Source: Candidatus Parcubacteria bacterium (GTDB taxonomy: Bacteria > Patescibacteriota > Minisyncoccia > UBA6257 > 2-01-FULL-56-20). Taken from it: a stretch of DNA of 64,000 nt. Location: contig DAIEHA010000001.1 in assembly GCA_027355945.1 (NCBI GenBank), forward strand, positions 3,390-67,389, read 5' to 3'. A program made the translations under genes and the position numbers. This document shows positions 9,464 to 18,535 of the stretch, piece by piece (the first letter of the stretch is position 1; each line of letters begins with the position of its first letter). The notes under the pieces are model-generated. The model did not search any database. It saw only the letters and a list, made by a program, of their open reading frames with translations, and had not been told where the DNA came from.

Positions 9464-10066
9464 TCAGTTGATGATGGTCACGGGGCCGTTCATGATGCTG
9501 CCGAGCCCGTTACCGTCGAAGCTCACGCGGATGAGGTAGCTGCCGGGAAGGACGTCCTTCATTGAGGGGCTGTTGCGCGAAAGGTATACCGAGCGCGCAT
9601 CCCATGTGTACGACATTTGATCGGGTCCTGTCTGTGAAAGGATGACGCCGACGAGCGTCTTCGTCGTGGCATTAATAAGATCGATCTGCCCCGTGACCTT
9701 CGCGGAATTGCTCCATGCGATGGTGTTCTGCTGCTTGATCACCCAGGTGGTGTTGGGCGCGGGAGAGATGAGGCTGATCGTGAGAGCCCCCGCCGGGATT
9801 TTCGCAGAGGTTCCCGCAGTGGTCTTTGCGGGCGAGGGGCTTCCCGAGGGAAGGGCGGAAGGGCCCGCGGGGACGGAGGCCGAGGAAGGCGATGAGGGAA
9901 GGGCGGAGGCTGATGCGTTCGCGGTGCCGCTCGCATTTTGAGGGGGCGCAACGGGCGCAAGGGCCTTGTTGGCCCGGAAGAGCAGGATGGCGAGGATGAC
10001 CACAGCGACCACGAGCACGGCGATCACCACGAGCACGGTACGGGGACGGTTTTGGATTATGTTCAT
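9464..10066 (-). CDS. Membrane-anchored secreted protein with Ser/Pro/Ala-rich linker (hypothetical)
   Basis: N-terminal TM segment RTVLVVIAVLVVAVVILAILLF, a low-complexity S/P/A linker, and a C-terminal beta-rich domain. Start is ambiguous between 10087 and 10066. Confidence 0.55.
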   Translation of the reverse strand: MNIIQNRPRTVLVVIAVLVVAVVILAILLFRANKALAPVAPPQNASGTANASASALPSSPSSASVPAGPSALPSGSPSPAKTTAGTSAKIPAGALTISLISPAPNTTWVIKQQNTIAWSNSAKVTGQIDLINATTKTLVGVILSQTGPDQMSYTWDARSVYLSRNSPSMKDVLPGSYLIRVSFDGNGLGSIMNGPVTIIN

Positions 10067-10096
10067 AAGAATATAGTAGCATATCAAGGAAGGGAT

Positions 10097-10702
10097 ATGG
10101 CAAGTTCAAAAGATATGACCAAAAAAGGGGGCGGCGAGAGGGCGCTCATCGCGGCGATGCTTGCGGCGGGGGCGGTGGGCGTCATGCCGACGGATACCAT
10201 CTATGGGATCGTCGGTTCGGCACTTGAAGAAAAGACGGTGGAGCGCATCTATCGCTTGAGGAGGCGCAATCGCAAAAAGCCGATGATCGTGCTCATTGCG
10301 GGGATGCATGACCTCCGCCGGTTCGGTATCGTTCCCTCGCCCCGTGCGGCGCGCGTCCTGCGCCGCGTCTGGCCCGGCAAGGTGAGCGTCGTACTCGCAT
10401 GCCCGCCGAGGAGATTTGCATATCTTCACCGTGGCACGGGAACGATCGCGTTTCGCGTGCCCGCATCCGCGCCGCTACGGGCGTTCCTTGCAAGGACGGG
10501 GCCGCTCGTCGCGCCGAGCGCGAACATCGAAGGGGAGGATCCCGCGCGGACGGTTGCGGAGGCGAAGCGGTATTTCGGGGATCGCGTGGAATTCTATGCC
10601 GCCGCAGGACGCGCCGCAGCGAAGCCCTCGACGCTCATCGCGGTCGCAAAGAACGGTGCGGTGACGATGCTGAGAAAAGGGGCGGGAGGGGCGGTTTTAT
10701 GA
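10097..10702 (+). CDS. tsaC: L-threonylcarbamoyladenylate synthase (TsaC/YrdC family)
   Basis: Sequence reads ...PTDTIYGIVGSALEEKTVERIYRLRRRNRKKPMIVLIA...APSANIEGEDPARTVAEA, which is typical YrdC/Sua5. Confidence 0.8.
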   Translation: MASSKDMTKKGGGERALIAAMLAAGAVGVMPTDTIYGIVGSALEEKTVERIYRLRRRNRKKPMIVLIAGMHDLRRFGIVPSPRAARVLRRVWPGKVSVVLACPPRRFAYLHRGTGTIAFRVPASAPLRAFLARTGPLVAPSANIEGEDPARTVAEAKRYFGDRVEFYAAAGRAAAKPSTLIAVAKNGAVTMLRKGAGGAVL

Positions 10703-10714
10703 TACTATTCATCT

Positions 10715-11713
10715 ATGAAACAAAAATACGATCTGGTGTGCATCGGCGACGTCGTGATGGATGCATTCATCACGCTCAAAGAGGCGAAAGTGGAATGGGA
10801 TAAGGCTCATGAGCACCCCCGTCTTTCCATGGAATTTGCGACGAAGATCCCGTACGAGTCGCTCATGATCGCCACAGGAGTGGGAAACGCATCGAATGTC
10901 GCGGTGGGCGCCGCGCGCCTCGGCATCAATACTGCGATGCTCACATCCGTCGGTGCCGATCATTACGGCGACCAGATCGCGGATATGTACCATAAGGAAG
11001 GGATCAGTACGGAATATGTGAAGGTGAACCGGGGCCTGCCCACGAACTATCATTTCGTGCTCACATACGAGGCGGAGCGCACCATCCTCATCAAGCATCA
11101 GAAATACGCATATACGGATCCCGCGCTACTCGATAAAAAGACCGATTGGGTCTATTTCTCGTCCATTGCGGAGCATACGCTCCCGTTCCATAAAAAAGTG
11201 GGCGAATATCTGAAGCACCATCCTGACGTGCGCATGGGCTTCAATCCCGGCACGTTCCAGCTCCGTTTCGGTGCGAAGGCGCTCGCCTCGATCTATCGTC
11301 ATACGTACGTGCTTTTCGTGAATCGCGAGGAGGCGGCTTTCATTCTGGGAACGAAGAACGAGGATATAGGATATCTTTTCAAAGGACTGCATAAGCTTGG
11401 TCCGAAGATCGTCGTCATCACCGACGGGCCGGACGGCGCATACGCGTCGGATGGCGTCACCCGCTGGTTCATGCCGCCGTATCCCGATGCGAAACCCCCC
11501 GTGTCGAGGACCGGCGCGGGCGATGCATTCTCGACCGGATTCCTTTGCGCCCTTATTTACGGACTTCCCGTGCACGAGGCGCTGCGCTGGGCACCGATCG
11601 AATCGATGCATGTCGTCCAGTTCTTCGGCGCGCAGACGGGGCTTCTCAAGAAGTCCGCACTCAATGCGTTCCTGAAAAAGGCCCCCAAACAATATCAGGC
11701 AAAGACGATATGA
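10715..11713 (+). CDS. PfkB-family carbohydrate kinase
   Basis: The N-terminus reads LVCIGDVVMDAF, with an anion hole near the C-terminus TGAGDAFSTGFL; this is the ribokinase-like fold. Confidence 0.8.
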   Translation: MKQKYDLVCIGDVVMDAFITLKEAKVEWDKAHEHPRLSMEFATKIPYESLMIATGVGNASNVAVGAARLGINTAMLTSVGADHYGDQIADMYHKEGISTEYVKVNRGLPTNYHFVLTYEAERTILIKHQKYAYTDPALLDKKTDWVYFSSIAEHTLPFHKKVGEYLKHHPDVRMGFNPGTFQLRFGAKALASIYRHTYVLFVNREEAAFILGTKNEDIGYLFKGLHKLGPKIVVITDGPDGAYASDGVTRWFMPPYPDAKPPVSRTGAGDAFSTGFLCALIYGLPVHEALRWAPIESMHVVQFFGAQTGLLKKSALNAFLKKAPKQYQAKTI

Positions 11714-12612
11714 GCGTGAAAACCCTTCGCGAGGTCCTGGCCGATGCCGACACGCGCCACGTGGCCGTGGGCCATTTCAACATCTCAGAGCTTGGCGCGC
11801 TCAAGGGGATCTTTGCCGCCGCGCGCGAGCTGCAACTACCCTTGCTCATCGGGGTGTCGGAAGGGGAACGGGAGTTCATCGGCGTACGCACCGTGGCAGC
11901 GATCATAAAGAGCATGCGCGAGGAGTACGGGTATCCCATCTTTCTCAATGCGGACCACACGCATTCGCTCGAGAAGGCGATCGAGGCCGCAAAGGCGGGA
12001 TTCGATGAGATCATCTTCGATAATTCGTCGTTGTCGCTCGAAGAGGATATCAGGAACACGAAAGAGGCCGTCGCCGCGATCCGTGCCATCGATCCCTCGA
12101 TCGTCATCGAAGGCGAGATCGGCTACATCGGGATGAACTCCGAGGTGATGGAAGTGGCGCCGGAGAACATCGCGCGTTCGACGCCGGAGGATGCCGCGCG
12201 GTTCGTCGCGGAGACAGGGGTGGACGTGCTTGCCCCGGCAGTGGGGAATATGCACGGCCTTTTGAAGACGATGGTGGCGGGCACGGCGCACAAGGAGCTT
12301 GATATCGCACGCATCGGAAAGATCAAAGAGGCGATCGCGGCGCTCCCTGCGAACGCGCAGGGCGGCGGCAGATGGATGACGCTCCATGGAGGTTCCGGGA
12401 CGGAGGATCGTGAGTTCACCGAGGCCGCGCGCGCGGGCATGACGATCATCCATGTGTCGAGCGAACTGAGGCTTGCATGGCGGCGGGGCGTGGAGCAGGG
12501 ACTGAAGGAGAGGCCGGATGAAATCGCGCCGTACAAGATCCTTCCGCCCGCGATCGAGGGGATCCAGGCGATCGTGGCGGACAGGCTCAAGCGCTTCAAC
12601 GGATTGGAATGA
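11710..12612 (+). CDS. fba: Class II fructose/tagatose-bisphosphate aldolase
   Basis: VAVGHFNISELGALKGIFAAARELQLPLLIGVSEGE...NADHTHS...MTLHGGSG. Its ATG overlaps the pfkB stop (ATGA). Confidence 0.8.
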   Translation: MSVKTLREVLADADTRHVAVGHFNISELGALKGIFAAARELQLPLLIGVSEGEREFIGVRTVAAIIKSMREEYGYPIFLNADHTHSLEKAIEAAKAGFDEIIFDNSSLSLEEDIRNTKEAVAAIRAIDPSIVIEGEIGYIGMNSEVMEVAPENIARSTPEDAARFVAETGVDVLAPAVGNMHGLLKTMVAGTAHKELDIARIGKIKEAIAALPANAQGGGRWMTLHGGSGTEDREFTEAARAGMTIIHVSSELRLAWRRGVEQGLKERPDEIAPYKILPPAIEGIQAIVADRLKRFNGLE

Positions 12613-12713
12613 GTGGCGGCGCTTCTCTGAGGAGCGGCGATTGACTGCGTTCCTGCGCGGAGGTATCACTAAGGAAGAACCCGATCCCTCCCGGGATCGG
12701 AAGGAGTTTCGCG

Positions 12714-13301
12714 ATGGCAGCTTTCACGCTCGAAGAGCCTTTCCCCGTTCCGGGCCACATGGATCCGGAGCAGATCGACGGGATGCGGGTGACGGATGGC
12801 ATGTGGCGGGAGGACCGCAACTACCATTGTCGCCAGTGCAATTCACCGGCATATCTCAACCCCTATACGAACGCGGTCTGGGGATGCAGAAAGTGCGTCT
12901 TCACCACGCGTTCCGTGTTCGTGTATTTCAAACCGTCGCTCCCTCCCGAGGATCTCGTGATGCGCTTCATGTGCTTCGCACAGAAAAGAGGGGTACGGAG
13001 CTTCCCCGTGTTCGCCGATCGCGCCTGGCAGGAATTCATGAGGGACGTTCGCGGAACGCTCGGCAGCCTTCTTCCTGGATCCACGGAGATCGAGATGGAG
13101 GAGGACGGCGGAGGTCCGCGGATGAAGGATTGCGAACGGATCGCGTTCCAGTTGCGGTTTTCCGCGGAGATCGCACCCCTTGAAAAAGGAATGCACATGC
13201 GGAAAGCCCCGTGGGCGAAAGACCTTGCCCATGAGTTCCCCGAACTCGCGGGGCGCATGTTTGCGCTTGCGGAAGCCACGCCAGGCCTTCTCAGGCGATA
13301 G
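12714..13301 (+). CDS. Hypothetical protein with zinc-ribbon (CxxC-N17-CxxC)
   Basis: 195 aa ORF with a strong SD (AAGGAG, 7 nt before the ATG). It contains HCRQCNSPAYLNPYTNAVWGCRKC; no family recognised. Confidence 0.55.
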   Translation: MAAFTLEEPFPVPGHMDPEQIDGMRVTDGMWREDRNYHCRQCNSPAYLNPYTNAVWGCRKCVFTTRSVFVYFKPSLPPEDLVMRFMCFAQKRGVRSFPVFADRAWQEFMRDVRGTLGSLLPGSTEIEMEEDGGGPRMKDCERIAFQLRFSAEIAPLEKGMHMRKAPWAKDLAHEFPELAGRMFALAEATPGLLRR

Positions 13302-13423
13302 GATGATACGAAGGGCGCTCACGCGCCGATCCCGTGCCCGCCTTTCCCCGGAGGAAAGGCGGCTTTTTACGACAAGGCGCTCCTGCCTTGTCTTTTTGTA
13401 CCTGTTTTGCTATACTCCTCCTC

Positions 13424-14089
13424 ATGGAAACGATTGTTTTGGCGGTAACGCCGCGGGATATCACCGGAAAGAAAGTGCGGTCTCTCCGCAAGGAGGGCAT
13501 GATCCCTGCGGAACTCTACGGACACGGCGTGAAGAACGTGCATCTTGTCGTCTCGGAAAAGGAGTTCGCAAAGACGTACAAGAAAGCGGGTTCGTCCACG
13601 ATGATCACGCTCGATCTCGGGAAGGAGAAGCGCCCCGCGATGATCCACAGCGTCCTTCGCGACAGCGTGCGGGACGACATCCTTCATATCGATTTCTACC
13701 AGGTACGCCTCGATGAGAAGATCAAAGCTCATGTGCCGCTTGAGTTCTCCGGCGAATCTCCGGCAGTGAAGGAGAAGAGCGCGATCATCAACCGCTCGCT
13801 CGCGGAGCTGGAGGTGGAGGCGTTCCCCCAGGATGTGCCGCACACGATCATCGTGGACCTTTCCGCGCTTATCGATATCGACCAGAGCATCTATGTGAAG
13901 GACATCATCCTTCCGAAGGGAGTGGTGACGGACCTCGATGGGGATACGGTGGTGGCGACGGCAACCGAGCCGATCTCCGAAGAGGAGCTCATCGCGCAGG
14001 CTGCGCCCGCCGATGTGTCTGGCGTGAAGGTGGAATCCGAAGAGAAGAAGGCGGAGCGCGAAGCCGAAAAGGCCGCCAAGGAGGAATAA
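13424..14089 (+). CDS. rplY: 50S ribosomal protein L25 (general stress protein Ctc form)
   Basis: METIVLAVTPRDITGKKVRSLRKEGMIPAELYGHG...DILHIDFYQV..., with an acidic C-terminal tail. A TGcTATACT extended -10 box lies 7 nt upstream of the ATG. Confidence 0.85.
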   Translation: METIVLAVTPRDITGKKVRSLRKEGMIPAELYGHGVKNVHLVVSEKEFAKTYKKAGSSTMITLDLGKEKRPAMIHSVLRDSVRDDILHIDFYQVRLDEKIKAHVPLEFSGESPAVKEKSAIINRSLAELEVEAFPQDVPHTIIVDLSALIDIDQSIYVKDIILPKGVVTDLDGDTVVATATEPISEEELIAQAAPADVSGVKVESEEKKAEREAEKAAKEE

Positions 14090-14120
14090 GCAGAGACGAA
14101 AAAAGAGACGATCGAAGAAG

Positions 14121-14146
14121 ATCCCCGCACCCGCGGGGATTTTTGC
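14121..14146 (+). terminator. Rho-independent terminator after rplY
   Basis: Stem ATCCCCGC (loop accc) GCGGGGAT followed by TTTTTG. Confidence 0.7.
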
Positions 14147-14308
14147 GTCCGAAGTTCCTCTTTTCGGGCATTTTCGTTATACTTAACGATAATGAGGCCG
14201 CCTTTAAAACCAAAGGTGCTTGGAGACGTGTCGTTCCCCAAAAGGGACGGGACGCAGTGGAGCGCATTCAGCTCCCTTCCGGGGAAGATCGATCTCGGCG
14301 CGAAGCCG

Positions 14309-15706
14309 ATGACGATCCGGATCCCACTCACCAAAATAGGGAAATGGACGATCCCCGCGCTTGCGGCGATATTCCTTGCGTTCGGTTCGGCAAGCGCGCC
14401 GACCGCGATCCTCACGAGGGCTGCGGGCGATAATGCATCCTCGACCGTCGCCGCGACGGGAGTCACGAGTACCGACCCTACCGCGGAGCGCACGGCGCTC
14501 GAGGCGCAGCTCCAGCAGCTGCAGGGGCAGATCGACCAATATCAGAGCCAGATCACGAGCTATGAGAGCCAGGGGAAGACGCTCTCGGGCCAGATATCCG
14601 TCCTCAACGCGAAAGTCGCGTCCCTCAATCTCCAGATCCAGGCGACCAATCTCACGATCCAGCAGCTCGATCAGCAGATCGCGGACACCCAGTCGCAGAT
14701 CACCGCGACGCAGGCGGATATTGCGAACAAACAGGCTGCGATCGGGGATCTTATGAAGAACCTTTATCAGACGGATCAGACGAGCCTTGTCGAGATATTC
14801 CTCGAACATCCGCGGCTTTCGGATTTCTGGAACGAGACGCAGGACATCACCCTTCTCCAGGACAATCTCCGCGTGGCGGTGCAGCAGATCACGGACCTGC
14901 AGAGCCAGCTTCAGAATCAGGAGCAGCAGTTCGTGGCATCAAAGAGCGACGCGGCCACCGCGCAGGCCTATGCGCAGGCGCAAGCGCAGGAGGTGTCGAC
15001 GACGAAATCGCAGAAGACGCAGCTTCTTACCGCAACAAAGGGCCAGGAATCGAAGTATCAGACGCTTCTCGCCCAAACGCAGGCGACGGCGGCGCAGATC
15101 AGGAGCCGCATCTTCCAACTGCTCGGCGGAGGCCAGCTCACGTTCGGCCAGGCATATCAGTTCGCGCAGGTTGCATCGAATGCGACGGGTATCGATCCCG
15201 CGTTCATTCTTGCCATCCTCGACCGCGAATCGGCCCTCGGCCAGAACGTGGGGCAGTGCAATTACAAGACCGCGATGAGCCCATCGCAGCAGCCCACATT
15301 CCTCCAGATAACCTCCGCGCTCAACATCGATCCCAATGCGATGATGGTGTCATGTCCGAATGCGGACGGCGTATACGGCGGCGCCATGGGTCCGGCGCAG
15401 TTCGAGCCTTCCACGTGGGAACTGTATGCGGGCGCCGTCTCTAAGATCACGAGCAACAATCCTCCGTCGCCGTGGAGCGATGCGGATGCGTTCGTGGCGA
15501 CCGGGCTCTATCTGAAGGATGCGATGACGGGATGCAGGACGACCTACGTGCGGACGATCGACCTCGAGCGGTGCACCGCCGCGAAGTACTACGCGGGATC
15601 CCGGTGGAGGGGATATCTCTGGACCTATGGCGAGGCGGTGGTCGAGCAGGCGCAGAGCTTCGATGCGGACATCCAAACGCTCACGACGGCGAACAACGGC
15701 TCGTAA
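14309..15706 (+). CDS. Secreted coiled-coil protein with C-terminal lytic-transglycosylase-like (MltB/SLT-like) domain
   Basis: Signal peptide MTIRIPLTKIGKWTIPALAAIFLAFGSASA; a long Q-rich heptad region; C-terminal GIDPAFILAILDRESALGQ...AMGPAQFEPSTWELYA resembling lytic transglycosylase motifs. Confidence 0.6.
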   Translation: MTIRIPLTKIGKWTIPALAAIFLAFGSASAPTAILTRAAGDNASSTVAATGVTSTDPTAERTALEAQLQQLQGQIDQYQSQITSYESQGKTLSGQISVLNAKVASLNLQIQATNLTIQQLDQQIADTQSQITATQADIANKQAAIGDLMKNLYQTDQTSLVEIFLEHPRLSDFWNETQDITLLQDNLRVAVQQITDLQSQLQNQEQQFVASKSDAATAQAYAQAQAQEVSTTKSQKTQLLTATKGQESKYQTLLAQTQATAAQIRSRIFQLLGGGQLTFGQAYQFAQVASNATGIDPAFILAILDRESALGQNVGQCNYKTAMSPSQQPTFLQITSALNIDPNAMMVSCPNADGVYGGAMGPAQFEPSTWELYAGAVSKITSNNPPSPWSDADAFVATGLYLKDAMTGCRTTYVRTIDLERCTAAKYYAGSRWRGYLWTYGEAVVEQAQSFDADIQTLTTANNGS

Positions 15707-15726
15707 CGAACGATAAAGGAAGAGGA

Positions 15727-17025
15727 ATGGCAACGGCATCCGCAATGAATGTGAGGAAGATCACGCTGAAGAACGGCTTGCGCGTACTTCTCGTACCGCG
15801 TCCTGCGATGCTCGCCGCCACGGTGCTCATCCTCGTGCGCGCCGGGTCCGAATATGAAACGAAGTCGCTAAACGGCATATCCCATTTCCTTGAACACATG
15901 ACATTCAAGGGAACGACGAAGAGGCCGCGTCCGGGGATGATCGCCCATGAGCTCGCGGCGCTCGGGGCCCAGTCGAACGCGTTCACCGATCAGGAATACA
16001 CGGGGTACTATGCGAAAGTGAGGGCCGAGAAGCTCCCGGAGATATTCGAGATCGTATCGGACCTTTATCTCGACCCCGTGTTCGATCCCGGGGAGATCGA
16101 CAAGGAACGGGGTGTGATCATCCAGGAGATCAATATGTATGAGGACGATCTTCCCGTGAAGGCGCAGGAGGTGCTTGGGCGGCTCGTCTACGGGGATCAG
16201 CCGGCAGGATGGGATGTGGGAGGCGATAGGAAGGTGATTGGGCGCCTCACGCGCGATGATTTCATGGGATATCGCGCGAAGCACTATATCGCTGCAGGGA
16301 CGGTGGTCGTGGTGGCGGGGAAATTCCCGGAGGCGGCGACGCGGCGCATGATCGAGGAGCGCTTCGGGGTGCTGCCGCGCGGCAGCGCGGTACGGAAGCC
16401 TCAGACGGTGGAACGGCAGTCGTCCCCAAGAGTGAAGCTTCATTTCCGCAAAACGGACCAGGCGCACCTCGCGATCGCATTCCGCGCGTTCGATATGTTC
16501 GACGAGCGGCGATATGCGCTCCGCGTGGCAGCCGATGTACTGGGAGGGGGAATGAGCTCGCGGCTCTTCATGCGCATCCGCGAGGAGATGGGTGCGGCAT
16601 ATTACGTCGGCGCCGGGACCGATCTTTCGCTCGATCACGGCACGTTCGGCATTTCTGCGGGAGTGGATCATGGAAAGATCGCCGAGGCGATGAAGGGCAT
16701 CTTCGCGGAATGCACCCGCCTGCGGGATGAGGAGGTTCCCGCGAAGGAGCTCAGGAAATCGAAGGACCATATCCTCGGCAATCTCATGCTGGGACTCGAG
16801 ACGTCCGACGATCTCGCAAGCTTCTATGGAAGTCAGGAGATTTTCGGGAGGAAGGTGCTTTCGCCGGAAGCGTATGTGGCGAAGATCAATCGCGTGACCG
16901 CTGCCGGTATCCGCGCTGCGGTGGGAGCGGTGTTCGCGGAGGATCGCCTGAACGTCGCGATCGTAGGACCCTACCGCGACCCGCGTGCATTCCTGAAGCT
17001 CATGAGGCTCGGCAGGAAGGCGTGA
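15727..17025 (+). CDS. M16-family zinc peptidase (pitrilysin-like)
   Basis: Inverted zinc motif HFLEHMTFKGT, with glutamate ligands about 75 residues downstream. Confidence 0.8.
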   Translation: MATASAMNVRKITLKNGLRVLLVPRPAMLAATVLILVRAGSEYETKSLNGISHFLEHMTFKGTTKRPRPGMIAHELAALGAQSNAFTDQEYTGYYAKVRAEKLPEIFEIVSDLYLDPVFDPGEIDKERGVIIQEINMYEDDLPVKAQEVLGRLVYGDQPAGWDVGGDRKVIGRLTRDDFMGYRAKHYIAAGTVVVVAGKFPEAATRRMIEERFGVLPRGSAVRKPQTVERQSSPRVKLHFRKTDQAHLAIAFRAFDMFDERRYALRVAADVLGGGMSSRLFMRIREEMGAAYYVGAGTDLSLDHGTFGISAGVDHGKIAEAMKGIFAECTRLRDEEVPAKELRKSKDHILGNLMLGLETSDDLASFYGSQEIFGRKVLSPEAYVAKINRVTAAGIRAAVGAVFAEDRLNVAIVGPYRDPRAFLKLMRLGRKA

Positions 17026-17053
17026 GCCGGATGTCCTTTATGCACGGAAGGCG

Positions 17054-17081
17054 TTGCATTTGCGGGCAAATCCTTTATCCT
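17054..17081 (+). promoter_or_regulatory. Putative sigma70 promoter of metG (TTGCAT-N16-TATCCT) with embedded palindrome ATTTGC-GG-GCAAAT
   Basis: The -35 box is at 17054-59 and the -10 at 17076-81; the ATG at 17090 is about 8 nt after the -10, suggesting a leaderless transcript. The inverted repeat spans 17058-17071. Confidence 0.45.
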
Positions 17082-17089
17082 AATGCCAT

Positions 17090-18535
17090 ATGGATTTCTA
17101 TATTACGACCCCCATCTATTATGTGAACGATAAGCCCCATATCGGGCACGCATATACCACGATCGTGGCTGATGCGCTCGCGCGCTGGCGCGGGGCGCAG
17201 GGCGAGCACGTGACCTTTTCGACGGGTATCGATGAGAATTCCCAGAAGACGGTGGATGCGGCGAAGAAGGCGGGAGAGGACGTCCGGGCCTATACGGACC
17301 GCATGGCGGAGGTATGGCAGGATGCGTGGACGAAACTCGGTATCGGAAACACCGAGTTCATCCGCACGACGGAGGATCGGCATCATGAGGTGGTGAAGGA
17401 GATATGGGGGCGCATCGATGCGTCGGGTGACCTCTATAAAGGCACATATGAGGGACTGTACTGCAAGGGGCATGAGGCGTTCATCAAGGAGAGCGATCTC
17501 GTGGACGGGCTTTGCCCGGAACACAGGACCGCGCCGGAGATTGTACGGGAGGAGAATTATTTCTTCAAGCTCTCCGAATATCAGGAGAGGCTTCTCAAGT
17601 TCTATGAGGCGCATGAGGATTTCGTGGTTCCTGCGCATCGTTTCCGCGAGGTGCGCGCGTTCGTGGAGCAGGGGCTTGAGGATGTCAGTTTCTCGCGCGA
17701 AGGGAAGGAGTGGGGGATCCCCGTTCCCAACGATCCTCATCAGGCGATCTATGTCTGGGCGGATGCGCTCGTGAACTATGTGACCGTGCGGGGGATCGAG
17801 GGATGGGAGGAGCATCCCGCCGATGTGCATACGGTGGGCAAGGACATCCTCCGCTTTCATGCGGTGATATGGCCCGCGATGCTCATGTCGGCAGGACTTC
17901 CTTTGCCGGGCCAGATCGCGGCGAACGGGTTCATCACGAACGGCGGCGTGAAGATGTCGAAATCGCTCGGCAACGGCGTCGATCCCCTCGATCTCGCCGT
18001 CCGGTACGGCGTGGATGCGCTCCGCTATTTCCTTCTGAGGGAGATCCAGTACGGAGAGGATGGCGATTATTCCGAGGAGAAGATGAGGGTGCGGTACAAT
18101 GCCGACCTTGCGAACGGGCTTGGGAACTTCGCTGCACGCGTGTTCGCGCTTGCGGAACGGGAATCGTCCGACGGCATACCCGGAATACGCGAGGGGATCC
18201 CCGAAGAGGCGTTCTCCCGGACGATCGCGGCGATGCGCCGCGGCGTGGATGAGAAGATGGCGCAGTTCCGCTTCGGCGACGCGCTCGCTGCGATATGGGA
18301 TGCCGTTTCGTTCGGCGATCGGTATGTGAATGAAAAGAAGATCTGGGAGATCAAGGACGATGCCGTCCGCAAAGAGGCGCTCCTCGGCCTCATCGTGCTT
18401 CTCGAGGGGATCGCCTCGACGCTCGCACCGTTCTTGCCGGAAACGTCGCGGCGGATCGCGGCGGCCGTATCGCGGGAAGAGGGGATCATCCACATAAAGA
18501 GGCCGGAAGCGCTTTTCCCGAGGATCTCGTCATGA
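17090..18535 (+). CDS. metG: Methionyl-tRNA synthetase (short form)
   Basis: TTPIYYVNDKPHIGHAYTTIVADALAR... and KMSKSLGNGVDP, the class I HIGH/KMSKS motifs; 481 aa. Confidence 0.92.
   Translation: MDFYITTPIYYVNDKPHIGHAYTTIVADALARWRGAQGEHVTFSTGIDENSQKTVDAAKKAGEDVRAYTDRMAEVWQDAWTKLGIGNTEFIRTTEDRHHEVVKEIWGRIDASGDLYKGTYEGLYCKGHEAFIKESDLVDGLCPEHRTAPEIVREENYFFKLSEYQERLLKFYEAHEDFVVPAHRFREVRAFVEQGLEDVSFSREGKEWGIPVPNDPHQAIYVWADALVNYVTVRGIEGWEEHPADVHTVGKDILRFHAVIWPAMLMSAGLPLPGQIAANGFITNGGVKMSKSLGNGVDPLDLAVRYGVDALRYFLLREIQYGEDGDYSEEKMRVRYNADLANGLGNFAARVFALAERESSDGIPGIREGIPEEAFSRTIAAMRRGVDEKMAQFRFGDALAAIWDAVSFGDRYVNEKKIWEIKDDAVRKEALLGLIVLLEGIASTLAPFLPETSRRIAAAVSREEGIIHIKRPEALFPRISS

Noticed and set aside
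17075-18493. 472-aa minus-strand ORF antisense to metG
   Set aside because: MetRS HIGH/KMSKS motifs are on the plus strand; the antisense frame is low-complexity.
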